54,269 nt of DNA, taken from a virus (Duplodnaviria > Caudoviricetes). Where the stretch lies: positions 1 through 54,269 of IMG/VR virus record IMGVR_UViG_3300034375_013642; one strand, written 5' to 3'. The position numbers were made by a program, and so were the translations under genes. Within the stretch, counting starts at the first letter, position 1, and each line of letters begins with the position of its first letter. This document shows positions 16,633 through 25,003 of this stretch, piece after piece. Below the pieces are notes generated by a model that saw nothing but the letters and a program-made list of their open reading frames with translations, had not been told where the DNA came from and made no database searches.

Positions 16633-16742
16633 GGGGAGAATCGTCCGGATTTTCTGCGTCTCGCGCAAAGCGCACTGCGCAGATTTTGGTTGCGGTAAAT
16701 CTGCGCATTGCGCAGACTCAGCAGTCATTGCAAGAGCGCATA
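16633..16742. promoter_or_regulatory. OR region with pR and pRM
   Basis: Operators at 16653-16669, 16667-16683 and 16700-16716; pR TTGCGG-N17-CAGACT; pRM TTGCGC-N17-GACGAT-N7-ATG. Confidence 0.78.
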
Positions 16743-16752
16743 AGGACAACGA

Positions 16753-17145
16753 ATGTCTCCCCTGAAAAAAGCCCGGACCGAAAAGGGTTGGCGCCTCGCT
16801 GACGTGACAGCGCGGCTAGCTGCGCTTGGCGATTCCACCGACACGGGAAACCTTTCTCGAGTTGAGCGAGGAAAGCAGCGCGCATCAGCCCAGCTAGCGG
16901 AAAACCTCTGCAAGGTCTTCGAAGGGAGGCTCACGGAGATCCATGTGCTCTATCCGGAGCGCTTCCAATCGGAAGACAGCAGTGCCGCCGGCAGCCAGCC
17001 GATCCACAACGACCTTCGAGCGCCGCGCAAGCCAGCCGACCGCCGGGGCCGGCGCGACACCGATCTATCCACCCAAGAAGCCAAAGAGCTGCTGGAGAGC
17101 GCCGAGAAGATCGCCGGCACGCTGCAGCGGATCGCCAATGATTGA
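16753..17145 (+). CDS. cro: Cro-like HTH regulator with C-terminal extension
   Basis: Divergent from cI; shares the recognition helix TDTGNLSRxERGKQ with CI. Confidence 0.85.
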   Translation: MSPLKKARTEKGWRLADVTARLAALGDSTDTGNLSRVERGKQRASAQLAENLCKVFEGRLTEIHVLYPERFQSEDSSAAGSQPIHNDLRAPRKPADRRGRRDTDLSTQEAKELLESAEKIAGTLQRIAND

Positions 17146-17154
17146 GGAATTGTC

Positions 17155-17436
17155 ATGACACCTCGCGAAAAAGAGATTGCCTTGGAAGCAGCAGGGCGGA
17201 GCAGCGAGCCGCTCGAGCATGCACGAAAGATGGTTGAAGCCGAGGCGTTTCTAAGCGGCGACACGCCGCCGTTTGTTGTCTGGACGAAAACACTCGGTAA
17301 CGCAACGTTTGCGCGGCGCGATGGCATGAGCCACGCAGAAAAGGCCGCGTGGCATGAAGCGCAAGCGGCCGTAGAGCGTGAGCGGGCCGAGCACTCAAAG
17401 GCTTTTATTGAGCAGGGTCGTCAAGGTGATCTCTGA
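17155..17436 (+). CDS. Hypothetical protein
   Basis: GAGGA SD, 93 aa. Confidence 0.55.
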   Translation: MTPREKEIALEAAGRSSEPLEHARKMVEAEAFLSGDTPPFVVWTKTLGNATFARRDGMSHAEKAAWHEAQAAVERERAEHSKAFIEQGRQGDL

Positions 17437-17815
17437 GCTGATCCCAGACGCCATATCTGGTCGCCCAGCCCTTAGCGGCCGATCGCGCGTCGTCCGGCAG
17501 CTGGAAGTCGTGAATCTCTCGCGTCAGCGCAAACATCAACTGTTCACGGGACAAGCCCCGCACGTACTCGATCGTCCAGCTGTACTTCTGAAGTACCAGG
17601 TACTGAGCGGCCTCGAGATCGTTCAGTGGCGCCCAAGGACTCCCAAGCCGAGCCCTAGTGTCCCTGCAGAGCGCCTCGAATTTGAGGCGCCCGATACCAA
17701 TTCTAACGGCTTGTGCCCCCTGGGCATGGTCGCCTCTAAGGGTCCCTGCCGCTTCTACCTCGGCGCTTGCCTGTTGGAGCAGTTCGCCAAGCAACCATTC
17801 GTAACTCTTTTCCAT
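17405..17815 (-). CDS. Hypothetical phage-associated protein (moron, antisense to the pR operon)
   Basis: GGAGG SD; helical, protein-like sequence. Confidence 0.65.
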   Translation of the reverse strand: MEKSYEWLLGELLQQASAEVEAAGTLRGDHAQGAQAVRIGIGRLKFEALCRDTRARLGSPWAPLNDLEAAQYLVLQKYSWTIEYVRGLSREQLMFALTREIHDFQLPDDARSAAKGWATRYGVWDQLRDHLDDPAQ

Positions 17816-17928
17816 ATGTCGGGCCTCCGTGGCCGTCGTTGTGTGTGGAAGCAAAACGATATCACGGGGCGCCCGGCGCCCATTCTGTAGCGCTTCATCT
17901 TCATATCCATCACCAGGAGCAAACAGCC

Positions 17929-18288
17929 ATGACCCAAACGAAGCTTTACGAAGACCGCCGCCGCCGGGCACCCGGCACGCACCTGATCAGAGAGATCAAG
18001 GTGCGCGTCTGTACCGAAGACCATGAGGAGCTGATCCAGGCGTCACGCCTGGCCCACGCGGAGAACCTGACGGGCTACGCGCGCGATTGCATGTTCATCG
18101 GACATCGCTTGCAGCAGGGCGGCCAGCAGGAACAGATCCTGGCTGGGCTGTTGCTGCAGCAGCAGGCGCACCTGCTGGCGGCCTTGTTCCGTGGCGAGCC
18201 GATCAGCCAGGAAGAGCTGAGCGGGCTGCTTTTCGATCTGGCCAAGCAGTCGCTGCACAGCAGTGTGGGCGATGCCAAATCAGCCTAA
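17929..18288 (+). CDS. Putative ribbon-helix-helix regulator (CII position)
   Basis: REIKVRV beta-ribbon followed by helices; AGGAG SD. Confidence 0.65.
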   Translation: MTQTKLYEDRRRRAPGTHLIREIKVRVCTEDHEELIQASRLAHAENLTGYARDCMFIGHRLQQGGQQEQILAGLLLQQQAHLLAALFRGEPISQEELSGLLFDLAKQSLHSSVGDAKSA

Positions 18289-18317
18289 AAGGCCCTGAAA
18301 GGGGCAAGGGGAGGGGA

Positions 18318-18518
18318 ATGCCAATGTTTAGCAATGAGGTATGCACGGCCGCCATCGGCCGGCTGAACCAGGCGGAGCAAGGCGCACTACGGCAGGAGGC
18401 GGTACGCCGTGCCTGTTCGATCAACGAGGCGATGTTGCAGGTGGCGTTAGAGAACCTGCAGCAGCAGCTCTATGCACTGCCCATCGCCGGGCGGCGTCTG
18501 CGGCTGGTTAAAGGATAA
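18318..18518 (+). CDS. Small hypothetical protein, possibly RHH-like
   Basis: GGAGG SD; 66 aa ending RLRLVKG. Confidence 0.6.
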   Translation: MPMFSNEVCTAAIGRLNQAEQGALRQEAVRRACSINEAMLQVALENLQQQLYALPIAGRRLRLVKG

Positions 18519-18579
18519 CAGCGCCTCCCTTCGGGGGCGCCTTTTCAGGCCCTAAAAGGGCCTGTCGTGAGGTTTCAAC

Positions 18580-19344
18580 ATGGCTGGTGACTGGATCAAG
18601 TTCGAACTGATCACCCTCGACAAGCCGGAGGTCTGCCAGATCGCCGACGCTGCAGACATCGACTGCGATGCAGTGGTGGGCAAGCTGTTGCGCGTATGGG
18701 GTTGGTTCGACCAACAGACAGCAGATGGTAACGCTCCGAGCGTTAGCAAGCGGTTACTCGATCGCATGGTGGGCGTTACCGGATTCTGCGAACACATGAA
18801 ATTGGTCGGTTGGATGGTGGAGGCCGATGGCGTGATAAGCCTGCCCAATTTCGACCGTCACAACGGCAAGACCGCGAAGAATCGGCTTCTCACGGCTAAG
18901 CGGGTCGCAGCACACAAGGCCGCTAACGGTAAAGGTAACGCCAATGGTAACGCTGCGAACGTTAGCGATGCGTTACCTAAAGAAGATGTAGAGAAGAGTA
19001 AAGAGCAACACAACACACAACGCGCGGAAGGTGATTTCGCGGTCGACCCAAACGCTCCGATCGAGATGACGCTGAACTGGGTACCAGACCCCGACCTGCT
19101 GAAAAATTACGCCCTGCGCATGGCGATGCCTGTCGACCTGTTCACCCATGACGCCATCGGCGCATTCGTGTGCCACTACGCCGCCAGCGGCCGAGTCGAG
19201 ACGCAAGCCGCCTGGGTGAGCCTGCTGACGAAGTGGATCAAGCGGGATGCGGCACAAGCGACCGGCAAGGTCACGCCGTTGCGTCGTGGCTCTGGGCCCG
19301 AAGCCAACTTCGATGACACCGGTTGGTTGGAGGGCAAGCAATGA
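18580..19344 (+). CDS. Replication initiator (O analog; C-terminal DnaT-like domain)
   Basis: MAGDWIK N-terminus, internal iteron-like repeats, upstream of a P-like gene. Confidence 0.8.
   Translation: MAGDWIKFELITLDKPEVCQIADAADIDCDAVVGKLLRVWGWFDQQTADGNAPSVSKRLLDRMVGVTGFCEHMKLVGWMVEADGVISLPNFDRHNGKTAKNRLLTAKRVAAHKAANGKGNANGNAANVSDALPKEDVEKSKEQHNTQRAEGDFAVDPNAPIEMTLNWVPDPDLLKNYALRMAMPVDLFTHDAIGAFVCHYAASGRVETQAAWVSLLTKWIKRDAAQATGKVTPLRRGSGPEANFDDTGWLEGKQ
18727..18977. repeat. G(G/C)TAACG iteron-like repeats; putative replication origin
   Basis: Direct copies at 18727, 18922, 18934 and 18946 (last three at 12-bp period); inverted copies near 18740, 18773, 18960 and 18970. Confidence 0.65.
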
Positions 19345-20138
19345 ATTCCGTCCAGAACGTCTCGGCCCGTATCGTTCGTGCTGGCCCAGCCGCCATTCCG
19401 TCTCTGCCTGTGCCTGCTGCCGCCGACATCGTCGCTGCCCTGAGCGCCACCGAGAAAGCGGCGGTCGAGGAGCTGATCAACCGGCTGTTCCGCGAGATAC
19501 GCAATGCCCGGCCGGCGTGGCGCCAGGCGTGGCCGAACAAGGAGGCGCTGGACTCTGCGAAGGTCACTTGGGTGAAAGCCATGATCGAGGGTGGCGTGCG
19601 CGACTGGGATGCGCAGGTCGAGCTTGGCCTACGCCGTCTCCGGGCCGAGCCGAGTGACTTCGTGCCAGCGCCGGGCAAGTTCGTCGAGTGGTGCAGCCCG
19701 ACGCCTGAGTCGCTGGGCCTGCAGACGGCCGAGCGGGCTTACGACGAGGCCTGTCGCAACGCGCATCCCTCCTGCCGCAGCTCGGCGACCTGGTCGCACC
19801 CGGTGACCTATCACGCGGCGATCGATGTTGGCCTGGATGTGCTGATGCAGCTGCCGGGCGCAGAGAGCTGGAAGTTGTTCGTCCGTAGCTATGCGGTGAT
19901 GACGCGCCGTGCCATGGCCGGCGAGGCGTTGGGGATGGCGACACCGCTCGGCATCGGCCACGACAGCCAGAAGCCCGAAGCAATGCTGGCGGAAGAGCAA
20001 AGCCTGCAGTTCGCCCTACGTGTGCGCGAGGCACAGGGGATCCCGCAAAGCGGCGAGGAAGCTCGCCAGGCGCTGCTGGCGAAGTTCGCACCCCACCGGG
20101 CGCGGTTGAACAAGACGGCAGGAGGTCCCCATGGCTGA
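19341..20138 (+). CDS. Replication protein P-like helicase loader
   Basis: PAWRQAWP, FVPAPGKFVEWC, WSHPVTYHAA. Confidence 0.85.
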   Translation: MNSVQNVSARIVRAGPAAIPSLPVPAAADIVAALSATEKAAVEELINRLFREIRNARPAWRQAWPNKEALDSAKVTWVKAMIEGGVRDWDAQVELGLRRLRAEPSDFVPAPGKFVEWCSPTPESLGLQTAERAYDEACRNAHPSCRSSATWSHPVTYHAAIDVGLDVLMQLPGAESWKLFVRSYAVMTRRAMAGEALGMATPLGIGHDSQKPEAMLAEEQSLQFALRVREAQGIPQSGEEARQALLAKFAPHRARLNKTAGGPHG

Positions 20139-20742
20139 CCAACTCGCACCGCGCCGCAAGCGCAAGGAGCGTCGGCACATCCTGTTCCGCGTAGAGCGCG
20201 CTGTTGTCGAGAGCACCGGTGAATTGGTCGGTGCGCTGGTACCGCGCTTCGCCACGGATCGCCGATTGATGCGTGACCGTGGTTACCGGATGGGTGATGA
20301 CCTGCGTGCCGAGCTAAGCAAGCCGCGGCACCTGGGCCAGCACCGCAAGGCGCACCTACTTGGGGGCCTGGTAGTGGCTCAGCTGGAAGGCTTCGAGGGC
20401 CTCGACCAGCACGCCGCAATCAAGCGCCTGCAGCGCGAGTCGGGCGTCTGCTGTGAGGTGGAGCAGATCGATGCCGCTCCGGTGGTCACCGCGATACTGG
20501 CTGCAGCGGAGACGCTGCTGGGCGAGGTTGCGACGCGGATGCTCAAGACCGTGCTGCCTGAAATCAAGCAGATCGACGTACTGGTACCGCAGAGCTTGGC
20601 GTTCGATCGGATGGAGCAGGGCGAGTTTGAGTTGTTCTTCGCAGGGATCTGCCAGCACCTGGCTGAGCGCTACTGGCCCGATTGTGACCAGGAGCAGATC
20701 GAGCAGATGGCCGAGCTGATGGATCGGGAGCGTGTGGCATGA
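20131..20742 (+). CDS. nin-region protein (NinB/DUF1367-like)
   Basis: KPRHLGQHRKAH and PQSLAFDRMEQGEF motifs; position. Confidence 0.6.
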   Translation: MADQLAPRRKRKERRHILFRVERAVVESTGELVGALVPRFATDRRLMRDRGYRMGDDLRAELSKPRHLGQHRKAHLLGGLVVAQLEGFEGLDQHAAIKRLQRESGVCCEVEQIDAAPVVTAILAAAETLLGEVATRMLKTVLPEIKQIDVLVPQSLAFDRMEQGEFELFFAGICQHLAERYWPDCDQEQIEQMAELMDRERVA

Positions 20743-21044
20743 AGATCGCCAGCAAGAAAGTTCGCGACAGTGCGCGCGGCAAGGACTGCACCGTCCGGAT
20801 GCCAGGCATCTGCAGCTTCGATCCCGCCACGACCGTGCTTGCGCATATCCCGTGCGGGCAGAAGGGCGTCGGCATGAAGGGCTTCGACACCGTAGCGGTA
20901 TACGCCTGCAGTCGCTGCCATGACGTGATCGACGGCCGAGCTAAGGGGGAGGTGGACTGGCAGGACATTCCGCGTGCTATCGCAGAAACACATGAGTCCC
21001 TAGTAGGGGACGGGCTTTTGGTGGTGAAAGGAGCAGTGGCATGA
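20739..21044 (+). CDS. DUF1364/YbcO-like HNH-type protein
   Basis: ARGKDCTVRMPGIC, TTVLAH, ACSRCHD. Confidence 0.85.
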   Translation: MKIASKKVRDSARGKDCTVRMPGICSFDPATTVLAHIPCGQKGVGMKGFDTVAVYACSRCHDVIDGRAKGEVDWQDIPRAIAETHESLVGDGLLVVKGAVA

Positions 21045-21247
21045 AGTGGGCGCAGAAGAAAAACCGGGATGGCGATCCGATCAAGGACTGCTGGGTTACG
21101 GATGCCGGTTACACCGTGGCGATCTGCCGGCTGCCGGAGCAGCGATTCGCTATCAGCCGACCCGCTGGAGCCGCGCCGTTTGCCTACGTGGGTACGCGTG
21201 ACGAGGTGGTGCGGGCGATATCGAGCGATCAGGGGGCAGCGCAGTGA
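21041..21247 (+). CDS. Hypothetical protein
   Basis: Translationally coupled on both sides. Confidence 0.7.
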   Translation: MKWAQKKNRDGDPIKDCWVTDAGYTVAICRLPEQRFAISRPAGAAPFAYVGTRDEVVRAISSDQGAAQ

Positions 21248-21711
21248 TTCTAGGAATCGATCCAGGCTGTACCGGCGCCATCGTCGTGATGACCGACGGG
21301 GGCAACTACGTCGCTCATCTCAACATGCCGACCGTCAAGGTTGGGACAAAAAGCCGAGTGAACGGCGCTGCGGTGGCTGCGTTCGTTCGCGACACCGTTG
21401 GGGAGTTCAACGCTCACGCCTACCTCGAGCAGGTAGGCGCGATGCCAGGCCAGGGCGTTTCGTCGATGTTCACCTTTGGCCACGCAGCTGGAGTGGTAGA
21501 GGGGATTTTGCAGGGCATGGCCATTCCGTACACCCTGGTTACCCCACAAGCCTGGAAGAAGCGCGCGGGCCTAGTAGGCACCGACAAGGACGCAGCGCGT
21601 AGCCGTGCCATTCAGCTCTACCCAGACCTTCGCATCCTCGATCTGAAGGGAAAAGGGCAGGCGGTAGCCGACGCGATCCTGATTGCACGGCACGGAGCCA
21701 ACTGCGCATGA
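21244..21711 (+). CDS. RuvC-like Holliday junction resolvase
   Basis: ILGIDPG, YLEQV, TPQAWKK, ADAILIA. Confidence 0.88.
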   Translation: MILGIDPGCTGAIVVMTDGGNYVAHLNMPTVKVGTKSRVNGAAVAAFVRDTVGEFNAHAYLEQVGAMPGQGVSSMFTFGHAAGVVEGILQGMAIPYTLVTPQAWKKRAGLVGTDKDAARSRAIQLYPDLRILDLKGKGQAVADAILIARHGANCA

Positions 21712-21831
21712 ACTACGCACTTGCGAACACTGCGCAAAGCTAGGCGGCGCGCGACGCTGAGAAGAAAACACTGAATCACTGCGTACGCAAAGTGCGCAAT
21801 TTGTACGCACTGCGCAATAAGGGGAAGGGAT

Positions 21832-22509
21832 ATGCGACTGATCACAGCACGCCAGGCTTGGCACGATTCGCAGTACGAGTCTCGCGGCTCGATTACCGCA
21901 GCAACCATGGACCACGCAAAGATCGAAACAAAGCGCGCCGCTGCGAAGCGCAAGACGATCGAAGCAGTGTTCGCGGCCGTGGGTGACGAGGAGGAAAGCC
22001 GGGTCAAGGTCGTAGCGCAGCGGATGGAAGTGCAGGAAACGCGCCGTTCTGCCCGGGACAACAGTTCGTCGCGGTGTGCCCACATGATGACGATGGGGCG
22101 CATCCAGCACGCGATCGCCTCGCTGAACAAACCGCTGCAGCACTTCGGACATTACCTCTACTCGCCGTTGGCCAATGCGCGAGATCAGGATGTTGCGCGC
22201 ACGCTGGTTTGGTTCGGCTGGGAGAAGCCGGCTGGTCTGACGAAGGTGAAGGAGTCGCGAGCGTACTGTCTGGTGCTACCCGCTCTGATCTCATATCAAG
22301 GCGTTGTGACAGGCGGACGTGACGAATGGACGCCGGGCCGCATCGCCGAATTTGTCGCCGACTGGTATGGCGAGAAGATCACCGTCAGCCAGTGGTCTCG
22401 TGACTGGGCGCCGATCTGGGAAAGCCTGCAGCGGACCATTGGCGAGATCGACCAAAAGGCGCTGGAGCCGGTGGAGCAGATCATGAATGAAGAGCACTGG
22501 GCCGCTTAA
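21832..22509 (+). CDS. Putative late-gene regulator (Q-like antiterminator)
   Basis: Last early gene, upstream of a promoter-terminator pair and the lysis genes; SARQAWHD-like N-terminus. Confidence 0.6.
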   Translation: MRLITARQAWHDSQYESRGSITAATMDHAKIETKRAAAKRKTIEAVFAAVGDEEESRVKVVAQRMEVQETRRSARDNSSSRCAHMMTMGRIQHAIASLNKPLQHFGHYLYSPLANARDQDVARTLVWFGWEKPAGLTKVKESRAYCLVLPALISYQGVVTGGRDEWTPGRIAEFVADWYGEKITVSQWSRDWAPIWESLQRTIGEIDQKALEPVEQIMNEEHWAA

Positions 22510-22562
22510 TTGCTAGATGGCAGTGTGCTACTGTTCAGCTTTGCGATCCTTGAGAATCGGAG

Positions 22563-23315
22563 TTGGTGGTGGGAGAGATCTTCGGTGAGTTGCTTCCAGC
22601 AATCCAACTGCTTCTTCCTGGATTCATCTCGACAGTAATTTTTTATTGGTTATCTGATGCCCCAAAGCCCGGCCAATTTGAGCGAGTGATACAGGCTCTT
22701 ATCTGTACGGGGCTCATTAGTCTGATGGTAGAGGCCATTAAGAAGGCCGCCCACGCCATCGGTGAATGCTGTTTCGTTTGGGCGGTATGGACGGACGACA
22801 GGGCGATGGCTTTGTCGGTCGCCCTGGCCGTATTGCTTGGGCTGGCACTGGCTTTCGCGGCTTGCACAGATTCGTTTTACAAGCTGGCCAGGCGGTGTCG
22901 GCTTACGACGCGTGCATCACACACTGACTGGGTGTACGGTTTTGTTCTGTACCGAGAGCGCTTGGTTGTGCTGCAGCTCCAAGACGGACGCCGCATTTGC
23001 GGATACCCCCTTGTCTGGCCGACACAACCTGGAACCGGGCACTTTTTGCTACAGGGGGCCTGCTGGATAGTGGACGATGGGTTTGTTTCCAGCCCAAGCA
23101 TTGCCGCACACCTGATAGGCGGATCAGAAGTATCGTGGGTAGAATTTTTGCAACCAGTTGAAGAGGACCAGGGAACCAATGACAGACAAGATGAAGCAGG
23201 GGCAGACGGAGCAAAGGGGCATCAACGAGGGGTTGAACGTGAATCCGGGCAGGACGACAAACGTGATGCCCAAGAGCCCACCACCATCGCCGCCGCCTGC
23301 GAAAAAGTCGAATGA
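22563..23315 (+). CDS. DUF6338-like membrane protein (moron)
   Basis: LLLPGFIS, 3 TM, then VVLQLQDGRRICGYP Sm-like C-domain; lower GC. Confidence 0.75.
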   Translation: MVVGEIFGELLPAIQLLLPGFISTVIFYWLSDAPKPGQFERVIQALICTGLISLMVEAIKKAAHAIGECCFVWAVWTDDRAMALSVALAVLLGLALAFAACTDSFYKLARRCRLTTRASHTDWVYGFVLYRERLVVLQLQDGRRICGYPLVWPTQPGTGHFLLQGACWIVDDGFVSSPSIAAHLIGGSEVSWVEFLQPVEEDQGTNDRQDEAGADGAKGHQRGVERESGQDDKRDAQEPTTIAAACEKVE

Positions 23316-23322
23316 CTCCTAA
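23179..23322 (+). CDS. 47-aa Pro-rich microprotein overlapping the DUF6338-like 3' end
   Basis: AGGGA SD; MTDKMKQGQTEQRGINEGLNVNPGRTTNVMPKSPPPSPPPAKKSNDS. Confidence 0.55.
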   Translation: MTDKMKQGQTEQRGINEGLNVNPGRTTNVMPKSPPPSPPPAKKSNDS

Positions 23323-23325
23323 CGC

Positions 23326-23355
23326 TTGACGCCATGTCGAGCATTCGAGTAAATT
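23326..23355 (+). promoter_or_regulatory. Late promoter (pR'-like)
   Basis: TTGACG-N18-TAAATT followed closely by a terminator. Confidence 0.6.
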
Positions 23356-23385
23356 TTCCCCATTGTGTGAAGCAGCACCCCAAAT

Positions 23386-23413
23386 GAGCCCGGCCTAAGC
23401 GCTGGGCTTTTTT
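23386..23413 (+). terminator. tR'-like terminator
   Basis: AGCCCGGC-ctaagc-GCTGGGCT plus T-run. Confidence 0.8.
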
Positions 23414-23449
23414 ATGCGTACGTAGCGCTGGGAAAACAAGGAGCTTCAC

Positions 23450-23665
23450 GTGGCGGTCAGATACGAAAAGATACAGGGCGAAGACATTCCGGTCGGGCTT
23501 CGTGGGCCCATGGTGAGGGAACTGTGGGCGGTTTATATAAACGACGGCATTCTGAAATATTGTGCGTCAGAAGCGGAAGCTCTGTCGGAGGTCGCTGCGG
23601 CTGAACGCGCCGAAGAGGCCAGGAGACCAAAGTTCGATACCAGTTATGATTCTGGTCCCAGTTGA
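23450..23665 (+). CDS. Hypothetical 71-aa protein (moron)
   Basis: AAGGAG SD with GTG start; flanked by near-identical terminators. Confidence 0.7.
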   Translation: MAVRYEKIQGEDIPVGLRGPMVRELWAVYINDGILKYCASEAEALSEVAAAERAEEARRPKFDTSYDSGPS

Positions 23666-23671
23666 TTGAAT

Positions 23672-23699
23672 GAAGCCCGGCCTAGCGCCGGGCTTTTTG
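23672..23699 (+). terminator. Intrinsic terminator
   Basis: AAGCCCGGC-ctagc-GCCGGGCTT plus T-run. Confidence 0.85.
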
Positions 23700-24152
23700 T
23701 TGGCGTCATTTGTGTCCGCAGCCAGGGCGGCCTTTGGGAGAGCCTGGACATTCCCAGCCGGCGGTGGGGTGGTCATTGAAAAACACCGGCAGCCCGTGCG
23801 AACCAGCTCCTACCTACGGTGGTCTGGCGCGAGGATGATCAGCTGAGACTGGTGCGATAGGGTGCCAGCAGCAGATCGCCCTTTGGCAGACAGCGCGGAA
23901 AGACGCGCACAACTAATTTGAGGCCTCGCCAAGTGCGGGGCCTTGTCGTTTCTGGTCCCGCCGTGAGGCGCCGCCAGGGTCACGTCGGGAGACGTTGCCA
24001 CAAACCGCCCGGCTTCGGCTGGGCACCTCTTTCCGGCGCTCGGCCTGGGTCTTTGCTCCCTGGCGGATCGCAGCGCATGAGCGCCGGTTCTACATGACAC
24101 CACCAGGCTCTGTGCCGGGAGTGCCCGCGTGAAGCAAGCAGGTATCTATTCC

Positions 24153-24536
24153 ATGTCCGAACCAGGCCCGTTGACCGCTGCTGGCGGTATCGCGCTGTAC
24201 AAACTGGGCGCCTTCGGCTTCGTCGCAATCCTTGCGGCCGTTGTCGTTATGGCGATGACGCTGCCCAAGACAGTGCGGGAGTTCGTGGTGGCGATGATCA
24301 GCACCACCGTGGCCAGCCTCTGCGGCGGCGCGTTCGTGGTGCGCTGGCTGGAGATCGGCCACTGGGCAAACGATGACGTTGGCATGGTTGCCATCGGCGG
24401 TCTGATCTTCGTGTGCGGCCTGCCGGCTTGGGTAGTGGTGCGCGCTTGGTTCGCCTGGAGCGAGGCGAAGAAGGACAGGCACATCGATGAGATTGTCGAC
24501 GCCGTGCTGGATGCGAAGCGCAAGGTTGGGCTGTGA
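24153..24536 (+). CDS. Putative holin (3 TM, charged C-terminus)
   Basis: Hydropathy; first late gene, directly before Rz. Confidence 0.7.
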   Translation: MSEPGPLTAAGGIALYKLGAFGFVAILAAVVVMAMTLPKTVREFVVAMISTTVASLCGGAFVVRWLEIGHWANDDVGMVAIGGLIFVCGLPAWVVVRAWFAWSEAKKDRHIDEIVDAVLDAKRKVGL

Positions 24537-25003
24537 GGCTGTACCTGCTGATCGGCGCGACGCTGCTCGCGATCGTCGCGGCTGTCTGGCTGCGCCTGGA
24601 CTACCTCGATGGCGAGCGTGACCGTCTCGCTGGTGAGCTGGACGTGTCACAGCAGGGCGTCACGCTGCTGCAAGAGACAGTCCGGCTCACCGAAGAGACA
24701 TTCGCAGAGCGCGACCGTTTCGACGACAAGACCACCAAGGAACTGAAGGTTCTCCGTGATGAAAACAAGCGCTTGGCTGATTGTGTCGCTACTGGCAATT
24801 GCCGGCTGCTCGTCAACGCCTCCTGCCCCGCAGTGTCCGCCGATACCGGCGCCGGCCGCGTGGATGATGGAGGAGCCGAGCTCGCTGCAGACGCTCGACA
24901 ACCTTATTTCGCCCACCGAGAGCAAGTAACGCTCGATGAAGCGAAGCTGCGAGGCCTGCAGGCGTACGTGCAGCTCTTCTGCCGCAGGCCAGCGCTGGAC
25001 TAG
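24533..25003 (+). CDS. rz: Rz-like inner-membrane spanin
   Basis: N-terminal TM, coiled coil, RLLVNASCP, LRGLQAYV. Confidence 0.85.
   Translation: MRLYLLIGATLLAIVAAVWLRLDYLDGERDRLAGELDVSQQGVTLLQETVRLTEETFAERDRFDDKTTKELKVLRDENKRLADCVATGNCRLLVNASCPAVSADTGAGRVDDGGAELAADARQPYFAHREQVTLDEAKLRGLQAYVQLFCRRPALD
24759..24929 (+). CDS. rz1: Rz1-like outer-membrane lipoprotein spanin embedded in Rz
   Basis: +1 frame: MKTSAWLIVSLLAIAG-C lipobox, Pro-rich, PAAWMM. Confidence 0.85.
   Translation: MKTSAWLIVSLLAIAGCSSTPPAPQCPPIPAPAAWMMEEPSSLQTLDNLISPTESK

Noticed and set aside
16633-16749. 39-aa N-terminal extension of CI
   Set aside because: Runs through the operators and promoters; a leaderless start at 16632 fits better
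12255-21820. TGCGCA-rich repeats as a CRISPR array
   Set aside because: Short palindromes without a regular repeat-spacer period and no cas genes; better explained as operators
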